DNA from: a virus
Lineage: Duplodnaviria; Caudoviricetes
Reading direction: 5' to 3' (one strand)
DNA: 64,000 bases
IMG/VR virus record: IMGVR_UViG_2061766007_000586
Coordinates: 160,001-224,000 of that record
The notes under the pieces were generated by a model, which was not told the DNA's origin, searched no databases, and saw only the letters and a list, made by a program, of their open reading frames with translations. Positions 9,414-20,060 of the stretch are shown piece after piece. Every line of letters begins with the position of its first letter. The stretch's first letter is position 1. The position numbers were made by a program, and so were the translations under genes.

Positions 9414-10511
9414 TTATCTCTCGGCTACACAGCCAACACATTCACGTGGTTGTAAATACGTGTTGACACAAGTTATGAATTCCTGGCAGCAGAGGAATTG
9501 ATACGTGATAGAGGTATTAGACTTCCTAAACACAAAGCGATCGGAGAGATTCACTGTAGTGTTGGAAGGTAAGCATATCGCGTGGTTAAGGTTTAAGTCT
9601 CCGTAGCTTGCCACAGTTCTGGTGATGTCTTTTGCTAATGGTCCAGGTATTGCTTCTTTAGCCATGTCTATAATCCTGTTGAAGACGTCAGTCATACTGG
9701 TAGGAATACAGGATGTCCAGAAGAAGTTAGGATGTTTTAGCAGCATTTCTTCATCATAACTGATACAGAGTATGAACAGAAGCGTTTTAATATAATCTAC
9801 AATTTTGCTGAATTTTGTTCCACTGTCTTCATATGTCTCATTAAGAGCATAGATAGGACGTTTCACTTGTTTATCTCGATCGAGATTAAACAGCGGACGA
9901 TATAGGTCAATTACAGCACTGTAGAGAATATTGGTATAAGCTTCAAATTCTCCTTGACTTATAATGTAAGTCATACTTCCAGTCGTATTAGAACGATTAG
10001 GATTGAGAGGCATATCAATTCTACGAGCTATGTTAGAAACATAGTGAGAATTGATACTATTCGCAACAATCGTATCTCTCAGACTGTCTAAGACTTGCGT
10101 TTCTTTTGTAAATAAGTTGTAAGTTTTTAATTCCCTATTGAGAACTAACATTTCTTCAAAGAATGGTTTACACTGAGATGGAACAGCTAACATAACTGTT
10201 TCACTCAGTGATTTACCATTTCTTTTTGCTCTGACATTTTCGATCATGTCCAAGCATCTTTGTCTCTGGCAACTTAAGAAGAATTTCAAAATAGCATCAT
10301 TGTACTCAGTCATGAGCTGACCATATGCTTCTTTTGATAATCCTTGGGTGTTGATCCCATAAGTTTGAAAATAGATTTCAGCTAAGATGGGATCAACTAT
10401 AGGATAATTTCTTTTTAAGCAATTTAAGATAAACCATGAGCAAAGCAATGTAAATGGGCTGAAGAAACTTTCACAACCGTAAGGAGATCTACTATAATCC
10501 AGTTGGAGCAT
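9414..10511 (-). CDS. Putative phiKZ-like virion structural protein
   Basis: 365 aa with an AGGAGG RBS, in the head-gene operon. Confidence 0.55.
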   Translation of the reverse strand: MLQLDYSRSPYGCESFFSPFTLLCSWFILNCLKRNYPIVDPILAEIYFQTYGINTQGLSKEAYGQLMTEYNDAILKFFLSCQRQRCLDMIENVRAKRNGKSLSETVMLAVPSQCKPFFEEMLVLNRELKTYNLFTKETQVLDSLRDTIVANSINSHYVSNIARRIDMPLNPNRSNTTGSMTYIISQGEFEAYTNILYSAVIDLYRPLFNLDRDKQVKRPIYALNETYEDSGTKFSKIVDYIKTLLFILCISYDEEMLLKHPNFFWTSCIPTSMTDVFNRIIDMAKEAIPGPLAKDITRTVASYGDLNLNHAICLPSNTTVNLSDRFVFRKSNTSITYQFLCCQEFITCVNTYLQPRECVGCVAER

Positions 10512-10522
10512 AAGTACCTCCT

Positions 10523-11527
10523 TTAATCTTCATTGTAGTATGCGTTGATTTTCTGATCTAACTCAGCAATCATCTGATTGTAACTATCAATGATTTTAAC
10601 AGCCTTTGCATATTCTTCAGAGTTTGGATCTTTATCAGCAAGATCCATCTGGAGCATGGCTACATGTGCTTCGAGATTTTCTTTCTCTGCCTGAAGCTTA
10701 ACGTAGTATTTATGACGTGCTACGTTGTATAATTCGCCAAGCCATAAGAAAGGGTTAAGAGGATATTGACCAAGAATAAGATTGACAACTGAGAAACTTT
10801 TCTTGTCTCTACCCATCATAGGAATATTAGAACCTGTATTAGGATTAGAAATATAGATATTGTCTTTGGAAACTCTTAATTTCTTAAATTCGTTTAAGAA
10901 TGCAGTGTGCTTACCATTTGACATTCTGTTATAAGTTTCAATGAAATCATTTTTGAAATCATCCATGAACTTGTAACGATATGGTGCAACAGGTGCTAAT
11001 TCACGAATGCCGTTGTGTTGAACAATTTCATAAGTAGTAGTATTGAATAAGCACATGACATAATCAAGATATTTTCTTGCTTCTTCAACAACACTCAAAG
11101 CTGACACTTGGGACAGTTTTGTATTGTGAATGTTAATACTATCTGCTTGATCAAATACCAGATTTGCATTAGCATAGAAATTGCTCAGGACGTTTGAGAT
11201 TGCTTTAGCAGTTTTGATGATATCTTCAAAAGCTACTCTAGAATCATTACGAGATTTTACAGCTGCTACAATATCTGCATAGATTTTACAAGCTCTACCA
11301 CCATCAGCAGCTTGTGATGTATTCTTTGTATTGTAAATACGATCAGCAAGTTTCTGTCTTTCTTTGGTGGTGAATTTGTCAAACGCAGTAGTCAGAGCTT
11401 TGTAACGCTGAATTAAGACAGATAAACTATCTTTAAAGTTGCCTACAGTGATGGTACGTTCTTTAACAGTACCAAAAGCTTCTGTAGCAGCTTCTATTTG
11501 TTTATCAAGAACATATGGTGTAATCAT
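10523..11527 (-). CDS. phiKZ-like head protein (gp90-like by position)
   Basis: NPFLWLGE motif followed by a C-terminal coiled coil; directly downstream of the gp89-like gene. Confidence 0.6.
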   Translation of the reverse strand: MITPYVLDKQIEAATEAFGTVKERTITVGNFKDSLSVLIQRYKALTTAFDKFTTKERQKLADRIYNTKNTSQAADGGRACKIYADIVAAVKSRNDSRVAFEDIIKTAKAISNVLSNFYANANLVFDQADSINIHNTKLSQVSALSVVEEARKYLDYVMCLFNTTTYEIVQHNGIRELAPVAPYRYKFMDDFKNDFIETYNRMSNGKHTAFLNEFKKLRVSKDNIYISNPNTGSNIPMMGRDKKSFSVVNLILGQYPLNPFLWLGELYNVARHKYYVKLQAEKENLEAHVAMLQMDLADKDPNSEEYAKAVKIIDSYNQMIAELDQKINAYYNED

Positions 11528-11541
11528 GGAAATTATCCTTT

Positions 11542-12894
11542 TTAGAATCTAGGAGACATTCCTTGTGCGAACGAGGTCATGACATCTTTCAGATCAAAGC
11601 TATCTTGACCTTTTGCTCCAACTTTGTTGATCATAGCGAATGTATAAGTACCTTTGACATCTAAGCCATTATAGTACATATCGACAGTATTGTAAAGAGG
11701 ATCCACAACACAGATGATCATACTCCATGTCTTATTGAAGAATTTCTGACGTTGATTATTGTCTGCAAAATTGATATGATTTGTTCTGCAAGCACGATCA
11801 AACGTTGCTTTGTTTACAATAAGCATAGTGTTTGCCATGTTGTGTGATGGAGTTCCTTTACCGAACATCTTTAACCAGAATTTTGCTAATGCAGATTTCT
11901 GCTTCATTAACATTTCTGAAAGAATTCCATGTTTATCTTTCTTTAAGGCTTTGGATTGTTTCTTAATTAAATCCATTGAGAAGACAAAGTCTTTCCAGAA
12001 TGAAATTTCACCAGCTTTATACTGTCTCCAACGAGAAGATACCGGTGGGGAGAAGTTAGCTCCGATGTATCCATCAACAACTTCAGGTTTTAAGCAATAT
12101 GGGATTAATTGCACAATTAGATAAGCTTTAAATTGATAAGTTGATTCGGATCTAGTTGTAGATGAACTTGTAGATCCACCAGTATACGATACATCCTCAT
12201 GCTTATCAGTAGTAGCTTTATCTGGATTATTCTGTGTTGTTTTTGTTCCTTTGGTCTCAGTAGTAGTGGTTTCTGATCTAACATTACCATCTTTATCGTA
12301 TTCAACTTTTGTAGAAGTTCTCGGAGTAGTAGTGTTAGTTTCTACTTCCCCACGTGTCGTAGTTGTCGTGGTTTTTCCATGAGTTGTGGTTGTCGTACGA
12401 CCACCTTGTTCTGAAGTGGTAGATTCTGATAAAACCTGAGCACCTTGCATCGTGAGTTCGATAATACGAGTCACAGGAAGACGTTGCGTAGCAGGTTCTG
12501 ATTCGACTACAGGACCAGATTCAAAACTAGGAGATACTTTATACTTACCAAAGTTTTCAAGAATGTCTTTTACAACATTCACATTTTCTGTAGATACAAC
12601 TTCAAACTGTTCTCTTACCGTGCGTCCATTGGCGCACATGGTATCGAGATTCAGAGCAGTTAAGATGTAACTAACATAGAGTTGATTTAATACACCAACA
12701 AGAGGCGGACAAATGTCATCACGAAGAATCGAATCTTCGATATATAAACGTGACATAATGTTTGCACCTTTTGTATAGGCAGTCAGTGAAGTAGCTGAAT
12801 TTTTCTTCAGATTGTTACTGACATTTTTACCTGCAGCTTTAGCAATATCAGTTGCTTGAGAGATTAGTGCTGCCAAAGTAATTGGATCTGCCAT
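11542..12894 (-). CDS. phiKZ gp89-like head protein with a Thr-rich insertion
   Basis: RWRQYKAGEISFWKDFVFSMDLI and ICVVDPLYNTVDMYYNG resemble this family. Confidence 0.65.
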   Translation of the reverse strand: MADPITLAALISQATDIAKAAGKNVSNNLKKNSATSLTAYTKGANIMSRLYIEDSILRDDICPPLVGVLNQLYVSYILTALNLDTMCANGRTVREQFEVVSTENVNVVKDILENFGKYKVSPSFESGPVVESEPATQRLPVTRIIELTMQGAQVLSESTTSEQGGRTTTTTHGKTTTTTTRGEVETNTTTPRTSTKVEYDKDGNVRSETTTTETKGTKTTQNNPDKATTDKHEDVSYTGGSTSSSTTRSESTYQFKAYLIVQLIPYCLKPEVVDGYIGANFSPPVSSRWRQYKAGEISFWKDFVFSMDLIKKQSKALKKDKHGILSEMLMKQKSALAKFWLKMFGKGTPSHNMANTMLIVNKATFDRACRTNHINFADNNQRQKFFNKTWSMIICVVDPLYNTVDMYYNGLDVKGTYTFAMINKVGAKGQDSFDLKDVMTSFAQGMSPRF

Positions 12895-12994
12895 ATATCT
12901 CTCCTTTCAAAAGTTAATTATGTTAAAACGTTATATCATTAATATTAATAGATGTAGAACAGCATAGTATGTTCACCGTTAAACTCCAATTTTA

Positions 12995-14623
12995 ATGAAA
13001 GTATTTCATATGTTTGGTGCTATTAAAAACGCTTTACTTGGTAAACGTTCTGGTGGCGGTGGTGGTACATTCGGCGGTGGTGGAGCCTCAGGAAGCTGGG
13101 GTAAACCAGAAGAAATCAAACCGCAAGCTGAACAGGTGATACGCGAGTTTTTACCTGATAGCATTCCTGAAGAGGAAAGGAAAAAGCCTCTTCATGAGAT
13201 TGCAAAATATGAAAATGAAAATGGTGAAAATGTAGGCGTCTCTGCTCTCGGAGACGCCTATAATGCCGCGTTGGATTATTATTCAGCACAATCGCCAGCT
13301 TACAGCGATGATATAGGAAATTTGCTACTCGATCTTGCTTCCTTATCATCTGGGTCAGGAACGTTTTACAATCAATTACAGAATTTCATGATTGGGTTTG
13401 ATAAGTATGGAAAATCTTTACTTATGCCTAATGTTGAATTTCCTGGTATGATTTTTTTCTCAAGACCGAGACTATGTTTACAATCATCTAATATTCGTAA
13501 CGTACCTGTTATGATGCCATTGGATACAAGTAATCCGACTAGCATTGCATTTGCATTACGTTGCTTATTAGATACAAATTTAATTAAAGACGAGCAAACA
13601 CGCAATTATCAACGATATAGTTCTGCTGCAAATATCTGTCCACTGTTTAATTCAGAATCACCATGGTTAGTTCCACTATCGAATGCTATTACTTCATTCT
13701 CTGGATTACCAGATTTCAATATTGATATTGAAACAACACCTGGAGGATGGTTTAAAGAAGCACAGAGTTATGCAGTTGGAAGTTCTGATTTCAGTGAAGG
13801 ATGCGATATCACTTGTGAATTCCGTGAAATCCCTGGTGGTATTATTCATGCTTTATTCTTCTACTGGATGAACTATATTCGCAATGTAACACGTGGTACT
13901 TTACTTGCATATCCTGATGATATTGATGGACAGATTATTAACTATACAGTTAGTATCTACTTCTTCATGATGGATCCGTCCATGTTGTATATTACAAGAT
14001 GGGCGAAATGTACAGGATGCTTCCCAACCTCATTGAACCTTGGATCTATCTTTTCAAAGTCCCAAGGTTCTTATGCTCCATCTGATGCTGCGCAAAGAGT
14101 TAGTGTAACATTCAAATGCAATAAAGTTGAATTTATGAAACCAGAATGCTTGCTGGATTTCAATACACTTGCTGTAAGATATTGTCCTGATATCAATAGA
14201 TTGAAAGATGCAAAATCTGCAGAATCAGATTCCATTACAGGAAGACAACCTGTTAATATGAAGCGTCCTGGTATTCCAGATTCAGCATTTGCTAATTTCT
14301 GTGGATTACCATTCATTGTATCGGATCCAAATGGATATCGTTTGATTTATCGTCAATCAGAAAAAGATTTATTCTCGAATCCAGTTATTCGTAGATTAAT
14401 TGCTTGGGATGTGGCCAGATCAGAAAAAGAATGGTCTACAGGAGCGGATAATTCTACATTTACGTTATATCAAAAATACACTTACGGTGATTTTTATAAT
14501 AACGATGTTACATCAATGAAATATGCTGATGTTGACGGACAGATTCGAGTTAATCCATTCTCGTTTGATGAAGTAATTAAAAGTATTCAGAATGGTACAT
14601 TTGTTGGAACTAATCAAATGTAA
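12995..14623 (+). CDS. phiKZ gp88-like tail/baseplate structural protein
   Basis: GMIFFSRPRLCL, INYTVSIYFFMMDPS and DFNTL motifs; divergent from the gp89-like gene as in phiKZ-like synteny. Confidence 0.65.
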   Translation: MKVFHMFGAIKNALLGKRSGGGGGTFGGGGASGSWGKPEEIKPQAEQVIREFLPDSIPEEERKKPLHEIAKYENENGENVGVSALGDAYNAALDYYSAQSPAYSDDIGNLLLDLASLSSGSGTFYNQLQNFMIGFDKYGKSLLMPNVEFPGMIFFSRPRLCLQSSNIRNVPVMMPLDTSNPTSIAFALRCLLDTNLIKDEQTRNYQRYSSAANICPLFNSESPWLVPLSNAITSFSGLPDFNIDIETTPGGWFKEAQSYAVGSSDFSEGCDITCEFREIPGGIIHALFFYWMNYIRNVTRGTLLAYPDDIDGQIINYTVSIYFFMMDPSMLYITRWAKCTGCFPTSLNLGSIFSKSQGSYAPSDAAQRVSVTFKCNKVEFMKPECLLDFNTLAVRYCPDINRLKDAKSAESDSITGRQPVNMKRPGIPDSAFANFCGLPFIVSDPNGYRLIYRQSEKDLFSNPVIRRLIAWDVARSEKEWSTGADNSTFTLYQKYTYGDFYNNDVTSMKYADVDGQIRVNPFSFDEVIKSIQNGTFVGTNQM

Positions 14624-14647
14624 CTCGTTAAGTAAAAGGAGTTAATT

Positions 14648-17600
14648 ATGCCTATTCTTGTTAGTGACTCTGCTGCAGAAGAATCATTGCAGGCGTACAC
14701 GAGTCCACTAAGCCTTCAGACAAAAGCGTTAGATGATTTGTCTGAGAAGGTTTTAAACGGCGATGTTGTTGCAGATGGAAATAATCCATTTACATTCTTA
14801 ACAGAATTTGCATCTAACATGACAGCCGGTATTGTTAATAAAGCTTGTGAATGTTTTAATAGTCTTTATCCTGAAAATGCACAGACTTCTTCAGAACTAT
14901 ATAAACATCTTTCAGATTTTGGTTATGTTGGAATGTTTGCTACACCAGCTACTACTACGGTAGAGCTGGTGTTTGATCGTAACTTCTTGATCGATCATGC
15001 AGTTACAAGCGAACCAGATGATACAGATTTAAATCAAGATGTTACACGTGTTTCAGGTCAATATAGTAAAGTTGTTATTCCTGCTTACAGTAAGTTTACA
15101 GTTGGCGATATGTCATTTGGTATGATGTATCCGATTGAAATCCATATTCGTAAAGCATTTAAGAATGGGGATATCAATGATGAAATAGACTATAACAATA
15201 GTGTCATTACTGTTCTTTGGGATACTACATACCAGAATCCTCTTATGCCTCTGAAAGGTTCTATTCTTCAGCATAGAGATTTTATTCAAGACGGTATGAT
15301 GCTCACGGCTATTGAAGTTCCTATTTATCAGTTTGAAGTTGAAAATCATACTGAGAATGCGATTGCTTCTACTGGATTTGCAAAGAGATATGATTATCAT
15401 AACAAGTTCTATGCTATTCGTGTTTTCCATTTTAAGAATGGATATTGGCAGGAACTGAATCAAACATTCTCTGATACGAATTATGATGTTGATATTCCGA
15501 CAGCTATTATCAAAGTCTTACAAGATCTTGGTAAAGTTGAAGTTGTAATTCCTCACATCTATTTCAATTCCCCGGATACTGTCACAGTTATTGGTAATCG
15601 TATTCTCGTTAAGATCTATACAACTCTTGGTGAAGTTAGTGTAGACTTATCAGATTTCCAGATTGATCAATTCCAAGCTTCGTTCTTATTAAGTGATACG
15701 AGTTTGATGGAAGATGATAGATATAGTAATATGTTAAAACGTATTCCAAATGTTTACATTATTCCTCTGTCTAATCGTATCGCTTCAGGTACAAACGGTA
15801 TTACATTTAATGAATTAAAGAATCGTGTGAAATACAACAACTCTTTCACTGTAAAAATTACTCCAAGTGATTTAGAGAATTATTTTGCTACTTCTGGTTA
15901 TTCATTTACAAAACCGCTTGACAATATTACAGATCGTGTGTACTGTGCCCACAAGATTATTACCGATGGTACAGGAACTCCTGTTGCATCTGGTATGGGT
16001 CAGTCCATTATTAGTACATCGATGACGAATGATGAAGAATATAGTGATTCAATTGTTCGTTTGGATGATGATACATTTACTATTCTTCCATCTGCTTTGT
16101 ATTTGTACGATGATGAAAAGCATGAATTCAATATTTGTACTAATACACAAAAAAGTGAACTCTTACGTGATAGTGAAATAGTTGATACATTCAACAATAA
16201 TCTCTATACGTATAGTCCTTTCCATGTTGTTGTTTCTAATGCTAGAAGAAAACCGATTGCCGGTACATACGACTTATTTAATCCATCTTTAAGAAGCATT
16301 ATGCTTGACTGGGAAAATGAGCGTATTACTACATCAGCTTCTATTTACAACGCAACAATTCATCCAATTAATGAAGGTGATAAAACCGTTGGTTATCGTC
16401 TTCGTGTTGCCATTTTTAAAACTGCTGATATTACCTTTCCATCCGTAGAAGAAGATAATCAGAATATTCGTGTTCTCTTAACTGTAGAAACGGATGATGG
16501 TAGATTAGCTCATCTATTTGGTACTTATGCAGGAACAAATGATACGGGTCATGACGTTTTCGATTTTGATCTGTTATCGACATTCCGTATTAAACCAGAA
16601 GGATCAATTCATGTTTCTACATTACAACATGAGTTAGGTAAAAACTTTGATGTATTTGTTCCAATTAAAGAACATAAGTACACAATTTCGTTCTTCTTAG
16701 CTGACGAAAAGATTCCAGATGAAAATGAAAGAGCAAATTCTAAAAATAATGTAAATAGATTTTCTCTTCCTGATTCATTAGAAAAGTACACGATGCTATG
16801 TCGTCAGTACTTTACACTTAAATTAGGTGAATCTATTCCTTTGCTTCAGAATAACATTACAATCTCAACTACAGAAGAAGCTTATAAAACGTATAACTCC
16901 ATGCAGTTTGCTACTTATCAGTCTCCTATTTATGCAAGATATACCATTGCAGATGTTGAGAACAATAGTGCTACTATTGAGCAGATAGGGATGTTAAAAG
17001 TAGATGATGCAGGTAAACCAGTCATTGGACATGATGTTGATGAAGTTATTATTAATCATTATGCCGATTTAGATTTTGGTGCTGTATTATCTATTAAGCT
17101 AACTGAAAACAAAATAGTAGATGGAAAGACTACTAAAACTTCCTATGATGAAGAATTAGGGTTAGTCGCATTTAATAAACCATATTCTACACCTAATGAT
17201 ATTTGGAAAGCAATTGATGGTGATTTATATGTTCTATGTGAATCAGTTCCAGAATTCTCTGGTATTTATATATTAGAGAATACAGGAGGAGATACAGAAC
17301 GCGTTTGGAAGCAATCTTATCGTGTTGTAAAAGAGATTTTTGATGAGTCTATTTTACATTTAAACAAAGTTGTTTACAAGATCACAGTTCCAAATGAACA
17401 CGGATTAGATCCCTACCATTATACTGTTGAAGAACCTAATACAAACGATGTTTTTGATAGAGTAATAGATCCGGATACTGAAGAGAATTGTTTTTATTCA
17501 TGCAATAGCGATACTGTGAAAAGTTTAATTCCTGCAAAACCATTAAAGGATATTAATACTTCAGCAACAGGTTATGATAGAAAATGGTTCTTTATTTCAA

Positions 17601-19687
17601 AATATCCTAATGATCCGAATAGTTTCGACTTTGATTCTTATACTGGTTTAGTTATCGAGTATGCACCATCAGAAACTGTAGATTTTGGTAACAAAGAAGG
17701 TTGGGTGCTAAACAGATACTATCTTGGAAAAGATGTAACAACCGGTGCAAAAGAAATTGATTTTGAAAATATTCTCGAGGATATTGATTCAGACACGGAT
17801 GCTTTATCAGAAGAAGAATGTGCTATTTTTGAAAATGACACATATAGAAAAGGTATTGATGTCATTAATCATTACATCTTCTATGAAAAAGGTCCGAACA
17901 ATTTCTTTGAAGAAACTGATGAAGAAGGTAATCCTTATCAAAATTCCATTGTTATGACAACAGCTGTTAGCGATAACAATGGTAATCTTATCTGGAATAA
18001 AAATGATGTACGTTTCTATGGTTCTTATTATCTAGGAAAAGAAGATAGTAGTGGCAATCCTATCTTCATGCCTCGTATAGATCCATGGAAGATTGATTGG
18101 AAACCAGTTCGTGCAAAAGAAAATGCACCTCTTGTGACAAAGTTACATAATTCTAATTTACAACATGAATTAAGAATTACTGGTGCATTGGAATTTATGA
18201 CAGAACAAGCTAAACCACTTGGCTGTAAAGATGCTCCCGTTCTTCATCGTTCTTTGGAAGATTATATTCCTACATTGGACGAAGAAGCACAAGAAGGTAA
18301 GAAGTATTACATGAGAGTTGGTAAAGCTGAATACACTGAATGTGATTTTGTTATAGGTGTTTATGAAGAATGTGATGTTTTATCAGATCCTTTAGAGGGT
18401 AAGCAATTTGTTGTTGCAACAAATATAAAAACTATACCTACACCTAAAGCAAATGAAGGCATGGAACTTGGAAATACTTTTGCTCTATATCGTCGTAATT
18501 ATGAAGCTTCTACTTTACAGATCAAAAATCTTAGTAAAGAAGAGTTATATGACATTTGTAGAGAATGGAGTGAAAGTGAAGGTCAAGCTGATAGTGTAAG
18601 ATATGCTGGTATTATGTCTAGGCATAATGTTTCATTGAGTGAACTCGAAAAGATTGTTAGTGATACAAAACCATGTTATTATCGTCCGTGGGAAAAAATT
18701 GTAACTTGTGATTCTATTCAAAAGTTAGAAGAACTCGATAATCAATATGCTGGCTATGCTGCTATTCTGTATTACAAAGATGATGACAATAATGATGTCA
18801 TTCATTATTACAATATCTTATCTTCTATCACTCGTACTTATGAAACAGAATCTGGTAATAAGTATAAAAGAACAGAACTTGTTGTGAATCCTACAACTTC
18901 ATCCTGGGCTGAGATTGATAAATGGCCTTGGGAGTATACAACTCCTTGGTATTGTTTAACTCCAACTTTAGCTGATGATATTGCAGGTAATATTCGCAGT
19001 GATTTAAAAATATCTTTTAATTCTGACTTATCAGGTGCTAAGATCTTACATGATGTAACTGATACAATCATAGACGAAGAAGGCTTCCCAGTTCTTGATG
19101 AAGCTAGAGAGATTGTGTATGGTATCGACATGATACATTGTGATTATAAGCTACGTCTGGTGGAAGATGCAGAGTATGCAAATTATCTCAATGATATACG
19201 CGATGTCCTTCGTGCTTATTTGAATGAATTAAAAGCAATCACTCCTTCGTTACTTGCTCGTACTAAACTGTACTATGCACCTATCTGCACATTTGGTACT
19301 GCTAAGTTTAGAGGAAGTAGTGGTGAAACTCGTGTACTTCCTGTTCAGTTCTCTATGGAATATGGATTACACATTGCATCTTACGTTAGTAGTGGTATTG
19401 TAAAGAAAGATGTAATACGTGGTGAAATTATCAAATTTATTAAGAAAGCTTTAGCAAGTGGATCAATTAACATGGCATCTATTGCTAAGACTATTATGAA
19501 AGAACTTGGTGATGAGATTGTTTGCGTAGACGTCTTAGGTATTAATGGTGATAAGACTTTACAGACAATGATACCTCTTGAGAAAGATTGTTACCCACAA
19601 TTAAGACAGATTCTTGTTCAGTATGAAGATGGATCGATTCATGTGGATCATGATCTTACTGTAGATTGGTATGTATTAACAGAATAA
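14648..19687 (+). CDS. phiKZ gp87-like baseplate wedge protein, enlarged
   Basis: NPFTFLTE, LYPENAQTSSELYKHLSD, GMFATPA and IYTTLGE motifs; 1679 aa. Confidence 0.7.
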   Translation: MPILVSDSAAEESLQAYTSPLSLQTKALDDLSEKVLNGDVVADGNNPFTFLTEFASNMTAGIVNKACECFNSLYPENAQTSSELYKHLSDFGYVGMFATPATTTVELVFDRNFLIDHAVTSEPDDTDLNQDVTRVSGQYSKVVIPAYSKFTVGDMSFGMMYPIEIHIRKAFKNGDINDEIDYNNSVITVLWDTTYQNPLMPLKGSILQHRDFIQDGMMLTAIEVPIYQFEVENHTENAIASTGFAKRYDYHNKFYAIRVFHFKNGYWQELNQTFSDTNYDVDIPTAIIKVLQDLGKVEVVIPHIYFNSPDTVTVIGNRILVKIYTTLGEVSVDLSDFQIDQFQASFLLSDTSLMEDDRYSNMLKRIPNVYIIPLSNRIASGTNGITFNELKNRVKYNNSFTVKITPSDLENYFATSGYSFTKPLDNITDRVYCAHKIITDGTGTPVASGMGQSIISTSMTNDEEYSDSIVRLDDDTFTILPSALYLYDDEKHEFNICTNTQKSELLRDSEIVDTFNNNLYTYSPFHVVVSNARRKPIAGTYDLFNPSLRSIMLDWENERITTSASIYNATIHPINEGDKTVGYRLRVAIFKTADITFPSVEEDNQNIRVLLTVETDDGRLAHLFGTYAGTNDTGHDVFDFDLLSTFRIKPEGSIHVSTLQHELGKNFDVFVPIKEHKYTISFFLADEKIPDENERANSKNNVNRFSLPDSLEKYTMLCRQYFTLKLGESIPLLQNNITISTTEEAYKTYNSMQFATYQSPIYARYTIADVENNSATIEQIGMLKVDDAGKPVIGHDVDEVIINHYADLDFGAVLSIKLTENKIVDGKTTKTSYDEELGLVAFNKPYSTPNDIWKAIDGDLYVLCESVPEFSGIYILENTGGDTERVWKQSYRVVKEIFDESILHLNKVVYKITVPNEHGLDPYHYTVEEPNTNDVFDRVIDPDTEENCFYSCNSDTVKSLIPAKPLKDINTSATGYDRKWFFISKYPNDPNSFDFDSYTGLVIEYAPSETVDFGNKEGWVLNRYYLGKDVTTGAKEIDFENILEDIDSDTDALSEEECAIFENDTYRKGIDVINHYIFYEKGPNNFFEETDEEGNPYQNSIVMTTAVSDNNGNLIWNKNDVRFYGSYYLGKEDSSGNPIFMPRIDPWKIDWKPVRAKENAPLVTKLHNSNLQHELRITGALEFMTEQAKPLGCKDAPVLHRSLEDYIPTLDEEAQEGKKYYMRVGKAEYTECDFVIGVYEECDVLSDPLEGKQFVVATNIKTIPTPKANEGMELGNTFALYRRNYEASTLQIKNLSKEELYDICREWSESEGQADSVRYAGIMSRHNVSLSELEKIVSDTKPCYYRPWEKIVTCDSIQKLEELDNQYAGYAAILYYKDDDNNDVIHYYNILSSITRTYETESGNKYKRTELVVNPTTSSWAEIDKWPWEYTTPWYCLTPTLADDIAGNIRSDLKISFNSDLSGAKILHDVTDTIIDEEGFPVLDEAREIVYGIDMIHCDYKLRLVEDAEYANYLNDIRDVLRAYLNELKAITPSLLARTKLYYAPICTFGTAKFRGSSGETRVLPVQFSMEYGLHIASYVSSGIVKKDVIRGEIIKFIKKALASGSINMASIAKTIMKELGDEIVCVDVLGINGDKTLQTMIPLEKDCYPQLRQILVQYEDGSIHVDHDLTVDWYVLTE

Positions 19688-19697
19688 AAATATTTGA

Positions 19698-19731
19698 ATA
19701 CAAGGTAGTGGGACATTCCACTACCTTGTAT
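19698..19731. terminator. Bidirectional hairpin terminator
   Basis: Inverted repeat atacaaggtagtgg/ccactaccttgtat between convergent genes. Confidence 0.8.
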
Positions 19732-19733
19732 CT

Positions 19734-20048
19734 TTATATACTGCATGAGCTTAATAATTGATCAACATAATTCGATAAGTTATTACTAATTTCTAAACAA
19801 GCATTTCGATTCAACATTGTAAATTCACCTGGAGTAACTTCTTGAACTACTCCAAGAGCTACTAAATATCTAGCAGCATTTAAATACTTTGATAGATTTA
19901 CCGTACTTCGCTCACTACACAATAGCATTGTTAGTGCGTTTAGTACATCGTCTACTGTGGCAGCAGGTTGGTTATTTTGCATTACATAGATTTTATTTGT
20001 AACAACCACCTGCTTTTCAACATGTAAGAAACAATGGGAGGTATACAT
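19734..20048 (-). CDS. Hypothetical protein
   Basis: ORF; the start is uncertain. Confidence 0.45.
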   Translation of the reverse strand: MYTSHCFLHVEKQVVVTNKIYVMQNNQPAATVDDVLNALTMLLCSERSTVNLSKYLNAARYLVALGVVQEVTPGEFTMLNRNACLEISNNLSNYVDQLLSSCSI

Positions 20049-20060
20049 AGTTACTAGCCC

